Counted from the whole stretch's first letter, positions 34,457-46,692 are shown. The stretch: 63,941 bases of DNA, filler included, from Vannella sp. (GCA_023345925.1; 7 parts of 7 records of this genome joined end to end with filler, not necessarily neighbours in it), one strand, 5' to 3'. A program made the numbers and translations. Notes: generated by a model from the letters alone, not told the origin.

Positions 34457-34556
34457 NNNNNNNNNNNNNNNNNNNNNNNNNNNNNNNNNNNNNNNNNNNN
34501 TTAATTAATTAANNNNNNNNNNNNNNNNNNNNNNNNNNNNNNNNNNNNNNNNNNNN
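34457..34556. other. Artificial contig linker
   Basis: N44-TTAATTAATTAA-N44. Confidence 0.98.
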
Positions 34557-35143
34557 GACAAAACAATCAAAGTCTTCGACATTCGGTCAGGGGAGTGCAC
34601 GCGAACCATTCTCTTTTCTGACTCCGTCGGGAAACTTCAAACACACAACAATATGCTCTTGTCTGTCACCAAGCGGGAGAGCAACATCCACTGGTTTGAC
34701 CTCCGCACAGATTCTCTCGTGAAGGAGCTCCAAGGCCATGCCAATGCGGTACAGATTCTCTCTCTATCTCTTCTAGAAGCGTATCCTAATGGTTTGGTGT
34801 GCAGGCCTATTGTCTCCACTTTGACGTGATGTCAAGGAGGATGGTTAGTGGTTCGAGGGACCGTAACGTGCTGCTCTGGGATATGAAAGAGAATGGGGCT
34901 CTCATTGAAACCTACTCTGGCCACGAGTTCACTGTGATGTCTGTCCAATTGGATGGGCAACGAATAGTGTCTGCATCGGGCGACCAAACCATCAAAGTGT
35001 GGGACATTCAACGGTCCCAGTGTGAAACAACCCTTTCAAAGCACACCCAAGTTGTTATGAGTGTCTGTGCCGACCAAGAAAAGATCGTTTCCGGCTCTGC
35101 GGACAAGACTGTGATAGTGTGGGACTTTCTTCGAGGCATCTAA
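34557..35143 (+). CDS. WD40-repeat protein, C-terminal part (5'-partial)
   Basis: VSGSRDRNVLLWD, GHEFTV...SASGDQTIKVWD, VSGSADKTVIVWDF; one intron at ~34749-34804. Confidence 0.9.
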
Positions 35144-35198
35144 AGCCAACTAATGCCGTCACGCTGTTGAATAAGTCTGTTTATCAATGAAGAGAACT

Positions 35199-36104
35199 TC
35201 AATGACGCCTCTGAATCTTCAAGGAGAAGTCCACAACCGGCACTCCTTGGATAAGAGAGGAAGTGGAGAGAATATCAATGTGCGGTCCCATGTAGGAAGC
35301 GGCAGAGTCCTCTGTGATTCCCCCGCTCACCTCGATCAAGATATGGGGGAATTGGTTCTTAATCTGAGCGGAGACTTCTAATGCGTTGGCAGGCGAGAAA
35401 TTGTCCAACATGATCACATCCGCGTCCGCATTCCCGGCCTCAATGGCGTCCTCAAGAGAGCGACATTCGACTTCGATCTTCAAGCTGAATCCACCCAGTT
35501 TCTTGGCCTTCTGAACCGCCAGAGTGATGCTTCCACAGCTGTCAATGGCGTTGTCCTTCAGCATGATCATGGAAGACAGGTCCATTCGGTGAGCGTCACA
35601 GCCACCCACAAGAACGGCATACTTTTGGACCAAGCGGAACCCAGGTGTCACCTTGCGAGTAGCTGCCACCTTACCGTGGAAGGTGCTACGGTTGGCCAAA
35701 GCGATCTGGTTCAAACGGTGAGATTTCAGGGCAATGCCACTCGCAGTGGCCAGGATGTTCAGTGCAAGTCGCTCTCCCATCAGTATGTCCTTCGCCAGTC
35801 CAGTAACAGTGGCCAATGTCAGGTAACCGGCCCGTCCTTGACTCTCATCAGGGGCAAAGTAAGTCCCCTCCACGCCGTGCCACTCCACCTTGCAGTGGAC
35901 GAGCTCAAAGACCATATTGAAGAACGGTACGCCAGCCAATACACCTTCTGTCTTCATGTACAAGAGCGCAGTCTCGGCACGATCGCCAACAACACAAGAA
36001 CTGTAATCGAAAGAGGGAATGTCCTCCGCCAACCACCGGGCAACCTGATCCCTGAATGTGGGCGGGATCAAGTACTCAAGATTCAACTGCGCCTGCTTAT
36101 CCAT
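35199..36104 (-). CDS. QPRT: Nicotinate-nucleotide pyrophosphorylase (quinolinate phosphoribosyltransferase)
   Basis: WLAEDIPSFD, ERLALN, TRKVTPGFRL, HRMDLS..MLKDN, IMLDNF, SGGIT, DFSLK. Confidence 0.96.
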   Translation of the reverse strand: MDKQAQLNLEYLIPPTFRDQVARWLAEDIPSFDYSSCVVGDRAETALLYMKTEGVLAGVPFFNMVFELVHCKVEWHGVEGTYFAPDESQGRAGYLTLATVTGLAKDILMGERLALNILATASGIALKSHRLNQIALANRSTFHGKVAATRKVTPGFRLVQKYAVLVGGCDAHRMDLSSMIMLKDNAIDSCGSITLAVQKAKKLGGFSLKIEVECRSLEDAIEAGNADADVIMLDNFSPANALEVSAQIKNQFPHILIEVSGGITEDSAASYMGPHIDILSTSSLIQGVPVVDFSLKIQRRH

Positions 36105-36256
36105 TCAAAAGCTCTCTGAGGAATGGGGAAGAGGGGAAGAGCGACTTTCCCCATTCTCGGAATCGCTTCGCTGAAAATTGCGATTTGCCAGATCGGCTGT
36201 TCCCGATGGAAGTGTGAGAGGGACAATGAGGAGGGGAGGAAGGATGTATTGAAATA

Positions 36257-37765
36257 CTACACAGTGGTGTTGTTGGCCTCGCGGTATTTGTCCACATAGG
36301 TGGACATCTTCTTGTTGACCGACAATGCTCGTTCAGAAGCCTTTCCATCGAGCCAAGGGTGAGCGAGAGCCTGAGAAGTGGTCATCCGCTTGGCGGGATC
36401 GACTACCAGCAGTCGATCGATAAAGTTCTTGGCGGTGTCGGAGATCTCGTCCCAGTAGTCCTCTGGGTAGTCGTAGTCTGCCTTCATGATGGCCTCAAAG
36501 AGAACAGGCAAATGCTCGTTGTAGAATGGAGGGAACCCGCAGAGTCTACAGAAAGACGGTGAGTGCGGCCGTGTGACTATTGAGGGTACGTCTCTAACTT
36601 ACAGGATGTATGTGATCACTCCAATGCTCCACAAGTCCACCTCCTTGTCATATCCGTCCGCAGTTAAGACCTCAGGGGCTGGGAAGAGAGACCGTTAGGA
36701 GAAACCAAAGAAGAGAGAAAGGGCAAGACGAACCAACATAACCAGGAGTTCCGCAAGCAGTCTGCATCATCTGCTTCTGAACACCATCCGAAACGATCTT
36801 GGAAAGACCGAAATCAGCGAGCTTCACCTCAGAAATGTCTCCGTCGGCCTTGAGCAGCAAGTTCTCAGGCTTCAGATCGCGATGGACGATGTTCATGCTA
36901 TGAAGGTAGTCAATAGCGCTGACCATACGCGCCACCAGCCTCGCAGCATCAGCCTCAGTGTAGGCACCCAGATCAACGATCTTGTCGAAAAGCTCACCAC
37001 CAGTCACCCTTCACCATAGTTAACACCAGAATACAGTCAACATAGGAAGTGGACGTACAGCTCGGTGATGATGAAGAGGGTGTCATCGTCTTCCATGATC
37101 TCTTTGAGGTTGATAATGTTAGGGTGCTTCACGCGAGTGAGGATATCAATCTCAATTCGTAGTCGTTGCATGTCTTGGCCCATGTTCTTCTTGTCGATGA
37201 TTTTGACGGCGTACTTTCGTTGTGAGCGCTTGGACGTGACCTCCTTTACAACAGAGAAGGCGCCTCTGTACCCCAGAAAATAGGTTAATTCCTTGCTAGT
37301 GGCATCTCTCCAGAAGAGGAGTCCCGCTTCATGCGCGATTCGTGGAGGTTGTTGAGGAAGGGAACCAACTTACCGGCCAAGGACCTCTCCAATGTCGTAT
37401 TTCTCAGAGAAGACGGTGATAGGGTCTTCACCCTCGTTGTCCGTGTTGGCAAGTTCGTCCTCGATCTCTTTGGTCTTCTCAGCGACGGACTTTTCAGCCT
37501 TCAACTTCTTCTTCTCCTTCTCCTCCTTTCGCTTCTTGCGCCTCTCTCGTCGTGCCTTCCTCTCTTCAGGGGTTTCGTCCTTCTTCGCACTGCTACTGCT
37601 GCTCGACTTCTTCTTTGTCTCCCCCTCTGCCGTTTTGGACTTGGAGCTGCTGCTTCGCGAGGATTTCTTCTCCTTCTTCACCTCCCCCTCTTTCTTACTT
37701 CGAGACGAACTAGAGCTCTTCTTCTCTTTCTTGTCTGTCTTGGACACCTTATCCGTGTCCCCCAT
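36257..37765 (-). CDS. CaMK-group Ser/Thr kinase (CaMK1/MLCK-A-like) with Lys/Ser/Glu-rich N-terminus; multi-exon
   Basis: [56 protein letters not shown]. Confidence 0.93.
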
Positions 37766-37992
37766 GCTGCTCTCCGCTTGAAGAAGGAACGGACTAACCG
37801 AAATGCCCAAACCGGTAGCTTTCAATTTTAACCTTTTGGCCAATCATTAAATTCACTGTTCAAGTCGAACGCCCAAAGGAATCTCTTTTCACCAAGGCAA
37901 GTGGGTCTGTGTTTTGATTGGTCTGGCTCCGGGTGGCCGGAGATAAAGAGAAGAAAGAGCGTCACAACCGCTTCCTTGTTTAGAGGTTCTCT

Positions 37993-38816
37993 TTATTTGC
38001 GCTTCCAAACGGGAGTCTTGCTCTTGGTCTGGCGATGGTGCGAAGTCTTCCCTCCGCTGGCTTTGGACTTTTGGATTTCCTGGGGAGAGAGTGAGCTCCA
38101 CGCTGGAAGGGTAATGGATACGAAGCTACTCACGTGGAACTTCTTCTTTGTGTACTTCTTGAAGCTGGAGTCCCTTAGCAGCTCCTCCACAAAGGTGTCG
38201 GCTCGCTCCCTCTTTGTGAGGCGCCCACTGTAGAAATCTGCCTTTGACTCGACAATGCGGCCCTATCTCGTGATCAGAACCACATAAGGGAGTTCTGGGC
38301 TTCTCATACCACTTGAAAGTAGGTGGGAAGTGGGTCAGACTTCTTGTAGAACTTGTCCTTGAAGATGTAGTTTCGCATTTGGAGGATCTGGAGGTCCTTC
38401 CTGATCTCTGGTGTTACTACTGTTGCTGGGAGATCAAACCTAGAAGGAAGTTAGCAGATCTGAGAGTCTATGGAGGCAGAGGGCACGGACCAACGAGAGC
38501 CGGCGGTCTTGTCTGATCGTTCCTTGCGCTCCTTCTTTCGTTTGGTCTGACTTGAGTTTGCTGGGATGGGAGAGTATCTCTCTCCCACAAGAGATGTCTC
38601 CAAGATGCGTTGGAGAGTACGATCCTCCGTATCCTTAACGATCTCCCCAATGTCCGCCACCCTTTCGATCGTCTCTCCCTCCTCACGATGTCTACCCCAC
38701 ATCAGCAAGCACTACCCCACCGACCCAGTATAGCCTCACCGAACATCAAAGATATCCTGTTCAATACTGCTAGTAGCAAGCGCCACCAAAGCGTCAATGT
38801 CGAGCTGTTCAGCCAT
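37993..38816 (-). CDS. FCF2: rRNA-processing protein Fcf2 (DNTTIP2 C-terminal family), multi-exon
   Basis: Spliced product: KTAGSRW|FDLPATVVTPEIRKDLQILQMRNYIFKDKFYKKSDPLPTYFQ|IGRIVESKADFYSGRLTKRERADTFVEELLRD. Confidence 0.88.
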
Positions 38817-38880
38817 GCCCGCCCGCTCTTGCCCTTCAAGAAATGGAGAAAACAAAGAAATGAAATGCAAATGGAATTTG

Positions 38881-41800
38881 TCAAGCGTGGGAGCCGCTTC
38901 GAGTGTTGGTGGTGGAAAGGTTGAAACCGGCAAAGTTAGTTCCCAAGGCCGGGTTGGGGTTACTGATGCAGTGGCTATGACGGTTAGGAATGTCACTTGG
39001 ACGGTAGGCCCAGCCAGACACGCCGTGCATGCTGATTTCGATGGAGGCCCACTGGTCCTCTGTTAGGACATCTTTGAGTTGTTGAGCCGTGTTGAGGGAG
39101 CACTGAATCCAGGAATACCCGCAGGCAATGACATTCACAGGCTCACTACCCTCTGAAAGGCTGAGTTTACCGGTCATTAGTGCGCGAATCTTCTCTTCGA
39201 GAAGCGGGATGGGATTCCCCAGCACTTTGCCTTGAGACAGAATCGCCACCAAATTAGAGAAGCGTTCTCCACCTCTCGTGGGGCAGTAAGTTATCAGGCG
39301 CCCTGCAAAGGCAAATAGATCAGTACACATGGCAAGCTTCTTGGCTTGAGCAAAGTCTCGTCGCTTCTGGCAGATGGCCTCCCAAGACTGCTTTCGGGTG
39401 CTCTCAAATCGGTCGTAAAGATCATTCAAGAAGTGGTCAGCAGTAAGTTCTTCGCTATTCCCATCTTCTGGAGTTCTTGTGGAGAGAGAGAAGTAATCAC
39501 CGGTATTCTTGTAAGAGCCATTGGAGACTGCTTGGTTCATAAGTGAGTTACTTGAGTATTGAATGGCTTGGAGAGCCATAAACCACTTCCTCTTGCCAGG
39601 AATATTGTGGCCCGTGATGCACCCGTTCCAAAGAGGCACGAGAAACTCCAAACGGGGATTGATGGAGACTAAGATCTCATTCACAAGCTTATCAACATCT
39701 TCAGAGCGTTCCTCGTACACAACTCGCTTACGTTGTTGGTAGCTGGAATCTACCCCGTCATCACTGGGAGGGCCCTTAGCGCCAAATTGACTTTGTGCCT
39801 TTTCTGTTTGAGCCTTTGACAGGAGACCGAAATGAGCCTTGGCATGTTGAACAAAGTTCTTGTTCTCCTTCTTCATTGTGGTGCCGCTAAAGGCACCATT
39901 ATCGGTGGGCCCGTCTGTTGTTTCTCCCTCAAGTGTGTTTGGTGTATCGAGGAAGAGAAGTTGTTCAATCCATTCCTCAGCTTGGTTGCGAGGCTGCCCC
40001 TTAAACATAGAAGTAAAGCCCCGTCTCCAAGCTTCTTCAATAAAGGCACATTCGAATTGCTCGGGATTCTGTTCCCGCAAGCCGGTACATTGATTCCACC
40101 CAGCAAGCACTAATAAGCTTGGAAGGGAGTCCTTTGTGCGCCCACTAGGAGATTGAACAAACTCTTCTGCAAGGTCACCCCTAACGCGCCCCGTGTAGGC
40201 TCCAGACTGGAGATACTTCATTGCTAGCGGTCGAACTGCTCCACAAACTTTGGTAAAGTCACTTAAAAGCCAGTCTGTGTACTCATTGCAGAATGCTGGA
40301 TTCCCATGAACAGCAAGGAGGTTGCCAAGGATCATATAAAGAGCGATCAATTGGTCCCCCTTGTACCCGAGGGGGTCCATGGTGAAGAAGTAGCCCAGAA
40401 TTGGCTTCAATTGGACTTCCACTCGCTTCCAGTGGTCTTCATGGATGTAGCAAGGAAGGCAGGCATTCGTCATTTCGCCGTCAGCACCTCGAAAGACACC
40501 GATTGCATCTCCCAAAGGTTGCCGTTGAGCTGTAAAGCCTCCTAATACCTTCTCCGATCCCTTCTGAGACAAGGCATAGCGAACAGACTCCTTGTAGGAG
40601 TCAAATGAATAGCGCCCGAGCAAGAACTTCTCGATAATTACTTGGGTTGGTGCGTCGACGGCAAGTTCGGGACGGGACACTCTCAAAGGGAAGACGAGGA
40701 AGTCATGCTTTGTGTCCTTCATCATGTCAAAGATTGGTACGTTAGAGATGCCGCAGGACAACTCCAGGGAGCGGAATGCCTCAAGATTGGCCGGCGGAAG
40801 AGCCTCCAACTCGTCCTGGATGTTCAGGAAAGCGTCAATGTTCCTTGCAGTTCGCTGGTCCATGGCTCTAGCACGTCGAGCCTTGGTGAAGGTAGTCTCA
40901 TGGCGAAGACTGTTGAGTTGGGCCGAGATTCCGTCGCCTTGGACCATTCCTCGGGCGATGTCCGCAAAGAGAGCGTGGAACTTATTGAGCTTATCCTGAA
41001 CGATCTGCTTGAGTTCCCAAATCTCCTTGCGAAGGTCCTTAGGCGCCTTGGTGGGGTTCACAGCGAAGAGGGAGGCAGAGGCAAGAGCTAGATCGGCTTC
41101 GTTCGTGATCTCCATCACTTCTACTTGGCGTACAGTAAAGAACATATCAACTGGATGGCACTGAAGACAAAGAGACTTCCCATTCACGAGGATCTGGGCC
41201 AGATGGCCAACTTGAGGCAGAAAGAGGGTGGAATGAGGGTCATATCGGTCCATCTTGAGGAAGATGTCCACTTCGCGGCCTTCTCCAGGACCAATACGTT
41301 GACAGCTATCTACAGTCATCACTGGGAGTGCTCCCACCTGAACAGAGACCTTCTGAGAGGTTGTGAGAAAGTCAAAAAGCTCCTCAAACTTCTCGTCAAT
41401 GTCCACGCTCTCACAGAAGCGGTACACCCCTTCAGATGTTCCAAACACACGGATCTTCTCGAGGATGCTGCGGTCGTGGTCCTTGGAGAAGCCAATGGTG
41501 TGAAAGCAAGTACTTCGTCGACAGGTGTTGAGGAAGAACTGGAGAACCTTCATTCCTTCGGCAATGTCGCCCTCGTTGTTATGTCCGTCAGTCATAAATA
41601 CCACGTCGGTGTGGGAGTGGACGGGAAGCTGGTTGATGAAGTCCTTGATGGACTTGAAGGCGAGCTCAAAGTTGGTGCAACCTTGGACTTGGGAGGCTAG
41701 AACCTCCATAGCAGACATCCTATTGGCGATGCTATCGTACACAATGAACTCCAGTTCGGAGGGCTCTTGATCCGCCATGTACTGAACGGCTGTTTGGACC

Positions 41801-41973
41801 TTCTTCCAGTACTTGTCCATCGACCCACTCCGATCGAGGACAAACAGAATCTTTCGTGTGACAGGAGAAGCTTGACCTCCCCCATGGGACGGACTGAAGA
41901 CCAAGCGGACATCCCCTCCCGCCAGTTGATAAAAGTTGCCTTCTTCTGGTTCGGTTCCCGTGACGGTCACCAT
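38881..41973 (-). CDS. Intronless 1030-aa protein with an N-terminal VWA domain and a large uncharacterised C-terminal region
   Basis: MIDAS residues in FVLDRSGSM, GCTNF, VVFMTDG and HTIGF. Confidence 0.85.
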   Translation of the reverse strand: MVTVTGTEPEEGNFYQLAGGDVRLVFSPSHGGGQASPVTRKILFVLDRSGSMDKYWKKVQTAVQYMADQEPSELEFIVYDSIANRMSAMEVLASQVQGCTNFELAFKSIKDFINQLPVHSHTDVVFMTDGHNNEGDIAEGMKVLQFFLNTCRRSTCFHTIGFSKDHDRSILEKIRVFGTSEGVYRFCESVDIDEKFEELFDFLTTSQKVSVQVGALPVMTVDSCQRIGPGEGREVDIFLKMDRYDPHSTLFLPQVGHLAQILVNGKSLCLQCHPVDMFFTVRQVEVMEITNEADLALASASLFAVNPTKAPKDLRKEIWELKQIVQDKLNKFHALFADIARGMVQGDGISAQLNSLRHETTFTKARRARAMDQRTARNIDAFLNIQDELEALPPANLEAFRSLELSCGISNVPIFDMMKDTKHDFLVFPLRVSRPELAVDAPTQVIIEKFLLGRYSFDSYKESVRYALSQKGSEKVLGGFTAQRQPLGDAIGVFRGADGEMTNACLPCYIHEDHWKRVEVQLKPILGYFFTMDPLGYKGDQLIALYMILGNLLAVHGNPAFCNEYTDWLLSDFTKVCGAVRPLAMKYLQSGAYTGRVRGDLAEEFVQSPSGRTKDSLPSLLVLAGWNQCTGLREQNPEQFECAFIEEAWRRGFTSMFKGQPRNQAEEWIEQLLFLDTPNTLEGETTDGPTDNGAFSGTTMKKENKNFVQHAKAHFGLLSKAQTEKAQSQFGAKGPPSDDGVDSSYQQRKRVVYEERSEDVDKLVNEILVSINPRLEFLVPLWNGCITGHNIPGKRKWFMALQAIQYSSNSLMNQAVSNGSYKNTGDYFSLSTRTPEDGNSEELTADHFLNDLYDRFESTRKQSWEAICQKRRDFAQAKKLAMCTDLFAFAGRLITYCPTRGGERFSNLVAILSQGKVLGNPIPLLEEKIRALMTGKLSLSEGSEPVNVIACGYSWIQCSLNTAQQLKDVLTEDQWASIEISMHGVSGWAYRPSDIPNRHSHCISNPNPALGTNFAGFNLSTTNTRSGSHA

Positions 41974-42124
41974 GAAGGGCAGGAAAAAATATGCACCAAA
42001 CCAGCAAACAATTGGAATTTATAGAAATGATCGGGAAACGTAAGAATCAGTTCCCGTCTTCCCCCTTCCGACTGATTGGTCCGCTGAAAACGGAACCCAG
42101 AATGCGTTCTGAGATATTTCTCTT

Positions 42125-43845
42125 TCAATTGTAAGCTTCTGCGATTCGTTTGGATAGGACTGGGCCCAGTCGGCGTTGCTTGGGACCGGCGGTGGTGTTG
42201 GCGAGAAGAGATTCCTGGGATTTCGCGTCTTTCCCTTCGTAAGCTTTGAGAAGTGAAGGAAGAGTAGGAAATTGGGCAACAATAGCAAACACTCGTTCTG
42301 GGCTGCATCCTGTGATCTGAAGGAGCTGCTTGGCAAAGAGATCTTGAACTGTAAGCTCTCCTGTCTTGGCGTTTTCTGTGACATAACCTTGGAAGGTCAT
42401 GAATCGATCTGAATGGAACGAACAGGGATTAGTTCGTTGGTTGAACACATGTTTTCGTTGTATCATTCTCGTTGTACGAGCCAAGAACTCCGCAGTCTCT
42501 TGGAGGTCTTTCGAGTAATGAATGTGAAAGTCTGCATTCACTTGAGTGCTACAAAGAGCTTTTTGCAGAGTTTGCCCGCTAAAGGTGGAAGGATGATTCC
42601 CTCGCTGAGAAGAATGATTGAGATTGCCTTCAACAAGATAAACCACCTTTTTGAAAGAGGAACGGGAAAGGCGCTTTTTCTGTTCCACATATCGGCCGTC
42701 AATAATACTGCTACAGAGATCATCAACCGCCTTTCTCTCGACAGCATAGTCCAACACAAACTCCCTCTTGTCTTCAGTGATGCCAAGCCAAAGCATATCG
42801 CCCACAGAGAGATTGCGGGATTCATTCTCCACGCCCATCTCATCGAGCTTCTCCTTCAGAAAAGCTCTCTTCCTGCCCGAGCTCCCTTGAAACTGCATTT
42901 CTCGGTTATCAATAACGAGGAGGACCTGTTTGAAGCTAAGGAGCTCCTTATCGACTGGTTCTTGGCCATGCTGGATTGAGTTATCCTGTAAGACCTGCAA
43001 AGGTCTCGATCTGGTATCGGACACAGTTGGTCGAGTAGAAGGTGCTCCCTCTCGACGAACTCGAACCGCTAATGGCCGTTGCGCAGCCCTTTTAGGGGGT
43101 GGCGCGGTCCCCCTCGAGGAGGTCTCTTGGAGTCGGGGCACAGCTGCCGTTGGCTTGAGCTTTAGGGCAGCTGCGATGCCATTTGAGGTTAACTGATACT
43201 TATCTCCGCTCCGGAGGGCGAGGTCAGACGAGATCAGCGACTCCAAAGCTCGAGTAACCGTTGAAACTGTCATGGGGACCACTTTCGAAGACGCTTCGAG
43301 TAGCTCCTGCTTCTCTCTGCGCATATGGAGATCTCCAAGTCTATACAGGGGTCAGCTACGCGTTGTGGTCCGCGTAGGATCCGGCACACACCCTGCAAAC
43401 GCTTTTAAGAGGATCCAGGGTTCACTGTTGACTCTTGGCATGCGTACACCATTCACCAACGATTGTTCCATCACAAGAGAGCTTTCAACCAGAGGAGGAG
43501 CTTGAGAGACGACTACCTGCTGGTTGGAGAGGTTCTCCTTGGACGATGAGGGGGAGAAGAAGGTCTCTAGCTTCTTCTGTAGAACAGGACCGATTCCCTT
43601 GACTTCCTTTCGAGCTTGCTCAGCTGAAACAAGTGGGGTTTCGTGCTTCAATACGTTACTCAGCGCCTATCGGGCCCAGCGTTAGCGGGAGTCCAGGTAT
43701 GGGAGGAGGCTCTCACCCTGCGAAGTAAGGATGCTTGCCGAGACTGCTTATCAGCTTCTGCACTAATGAGACGTTGCAAGTACTTCGCCAAGGGTTCGTT
43801 CTCCGTCTGAGTGCACGTCGACGTAGCACAGAGGGTGCGGCTCAT
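42125..43845 (-). CDS. MUS81: Crossover junction endonuclease MUS81, multi-exon
   Basis: N-terminal HhH (VKGIGP), winged-helix segment, ERCC4 domain (VIDNRE, GD.LW, VERK..DDLCSSIIDGRYVEQK) and C-terminal HhH (RRLGPVLSKRI). Confidence 0.93.
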
Positions 43846-43915
43846 AATATCTAGATATTTGCGCTTTCCCCCAAACCTTACGTTTCAGCGCTTTGTCAGT
43901 TTTTCTTCTCCTTCT

Positions 43916-44672
43916 ATGTTCAACTCTTTCTTGTCCAGCGGAGGAAGGGCTCAACTTGTGATTGATCCGGAACTTGCTGCTTTGCTTGAAGATTCCCAAA
44001 CTGAACCAGAAGCTCCTGAAGAGATGACACCTTCCCGGCCTTTTCTATCGTCTAGATGGCAGAGCCCTTTCACTGTGACTCCCCCTCCTATGTATCAGAG
44101 GCCCCCCGTGCAACCTGTCCCGACAAGGCGAGAAGTTGCTTCTCGGTGGAATGCACCACCATCGGACGGGCAGCTGAGCTCCATCCCACCATGGGGAGTG
44201 GGAGCTGCTCGCCCTACTCCACCAAAGCCTGCCTTGATCTATCGGAAAGTCAACTCCCAGCACCCGGAGATTGACGTCACTGTCACAATGACGAAGATTT
44301 CAATCGATGCTCTGGTTCAACGCAAGAAACCGGATCCCAAAAGCATTCTTGAAGTCCACGGTCAGTAGGAAGTCCCGCAGAAGGACGTTCACTGATGGTG
44401 TGTAGGAGTTGTTGCTTCGATCTCCAGCCTTTCAGGCAAGTCTGCTGAAAAGAGATTTGTTGTGAGAGGGCTCTTTTCTCCCTCAGGCGCCTCTGCCCAG
44501 ATGCTCTTTTGGCCCCAGCAGTCTTCCATTCTGGAAGTCCAAGTCAATCGTGAGTTGTCGTTTGGGCTGCCTGATCTCATTCCCTTCCCATTCAGAAGCT
44601 TATCGTTTCATTGTCGGGATAACCCGTGATGGGATTCGTTGTTACTGGATGACTCCACTTGAGGAGAAATGA
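43916..44672 (+). CDS. Protein with disordered Pro-rich N-terminus and a C-terminal OB-fold-like domain resembling SPATA22
   Basis: Introns 44361-44405 and 44550-44595 give ILEVHGVVAS...KRFVVRG...QMLFW...NQAYRFIVG...IRCYWMTP. Family assignment is by eye only. Confidence 0.5.
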
Positions 44673-44776
44673 GTCAGAACAGGTGCGGTCATAAACCAGC
44701 TTTCGAGCAGGATTACTTCTCATCTCCACCAATGAGTACTTTATTGCAGTTTGAATGAGTAAGTGAACAAGCAACT

Positions 44777-46692
44777 TCAGTCCGAGGGGGGTTTGAGATC
44801 GTTAAGGGAAGGTTGCAAGAACTCTTCAATCACAAGTGATAAGAGTTCGTCCAATTCCTTTTGGGCAGAAAGAAGATCGGAACCCTTCATCTCAGCATAA
44901 TACTTCAGTTTCGGTTCGGTTCCGCTTCCCCTCAAAGTAACGACAGCGCCGTTCTCAAAGTAGAAGGTTATCATCTCACTCGAAGCAGAGACATGGAGAA
45001 TAGGCTTGTTGTTTGGCTGCATATCATCGTATCCCACAGTAAGGTCTCGAACGCCTTTGAGGGCGAAACGCCCAACATGACTTGGGAATCGTCTCTCGCC
45101 ACCAAGAGACCGAATCCGCTTGAAAATGCGAGCCAGTGTTGCTGGATCATAGCAGAAAAAGTACCGATTGTTAGCTGCAAAGTAACCGTAGGTTTGGTAG
45201 AGAGACTCCAAGTGCTGGGATAATGACTTCCCCTCCGCTGCTAAAGCCTGATACATCTCCACGAAGGTTCCCGCTGCACTAACGCCATCCTTATCAAAGC
45301 ATATGTCTCTGATAAGGTATCCAATAGCTTCCTCATAGCAGAGGATGGGGGTCTTTCCTTCCGAGAGTTTGCGCATTGCCAGACTCCCCAGCCATTTGAA
45401 CCCTGTCAGAGTTTCCTCATACTCCAGACCCTCTTTCTCTGCAATAGCACGGAGCATCTTCGAAGAGACTGTCGTGTTGATGAGACAACAAGTGGCGGGG
45501 TCCACTTCTGGATGGCTCTCACGGAAAGTCGTCCAGATCCAGTGAGCAAACAGGGTGCCCAACTCATTCCCAGTGAAGATCCTCCACTCCTCATTACTTT
45601 GAAGCTCAGCAGCTGCGAAGCGGTCCGCATCAGGGTCATTGGCGATGATCAATCGAGACCCGACAGATTCCGCTGTTTCCATTGCCAGCTTGAGAGCACC
45701 ACGGCCCTCTTCAGGGTTGGGGAATGCAACTGTGGGAAACTCTGGATCAGGCTCGATCTGCTGAGCAACCTCTACGCAAGGAGGATGCCCGAATGTCGCC
45801 ATCACACGACGAATCCAGTCCTTCCCAACTCCGTGCATTGCAGTGTAGACCACCTTTTGGGTTGCCTTTGAGTTCGATTCATACCGAGTGCAGCAGACCT
45901 CCTTAACCTGCTGGTAGTACGCGTCTGCCACACCAGGGAGGGGATTACGAAGTAAAGGAAGGGATTCGCCCTCCTTTGCACGTTCGTACGATGAGAGATC
46001 ACTCCCGATCCCTTTCCAGGGCTCAAGGTTATCCTCAATAGACTGTGCAATCAAAGAGTCCACAGGAGAGACGATCTGCCAAGAGGGTGAGCTTCTTGTG
46101 ATGAAAGAAACAGACCAAACGTACTTGGGACCCTCTCTGCCAGTACACCTTGTAACCATTGTCATCTTTAGGGTTGTGAGAAGCTGTCACCATCACACCA
46201 GCAGCCAGGTTCAAGTGCTTCACGCAAAAGGCCTTCGAAAAGTGAGTAAAGCTCTCAGAGAGTCATGCATGAGCCACATACGACTAAAGGGGTGGGTACT
46301 ATCACAGGGAATAGGTACACTGGAATGCCTCGAGACAGGAAGGCGGACGCAGCGAGACGGGCAAAGGTTGAGGAGTGGTGGCGCGCATCGTGACCAATAC
46401 ACACGCCCAACTCCACTCCCTCCGGTGCCCCATTCGCAAAGACAGACTCCACACTCTTGACTAGACCTTGAGAGGCTTGAATGACGGTCAGATCGTTCAT
46501 AAAGGAGAAGCCAGCTTGCATCTTCCCACGCAGGCCGGCCGTTCCGAACTTGATACGCTCGCTCAGCCGCTTCTTCAGCTCCTCCTCGTCTCCACGCTCC
46601 ACCAAAGAGGCTATCTCCTCAATGGTGGACGTGTTAAGGTCCCAAGCCATCCACTTGGCCACAAGCTCCTTCGTGGGGTCCGACAGAGGCAT
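44777..46692 (-). CDS. PGM2: Phosphoglucomutase/phosphopentomutase (PGM2 family), multi-exon
   Basis: [58 protein letters not shown]. Confidence 0.95.

Noticed and set aside
37266..37373. 108-nt first intron of the kinase as a possible snoRNA host
   Set aside because: No convincing C/D or H/ACA boxes, and pairing on the transcribed strand is weak.
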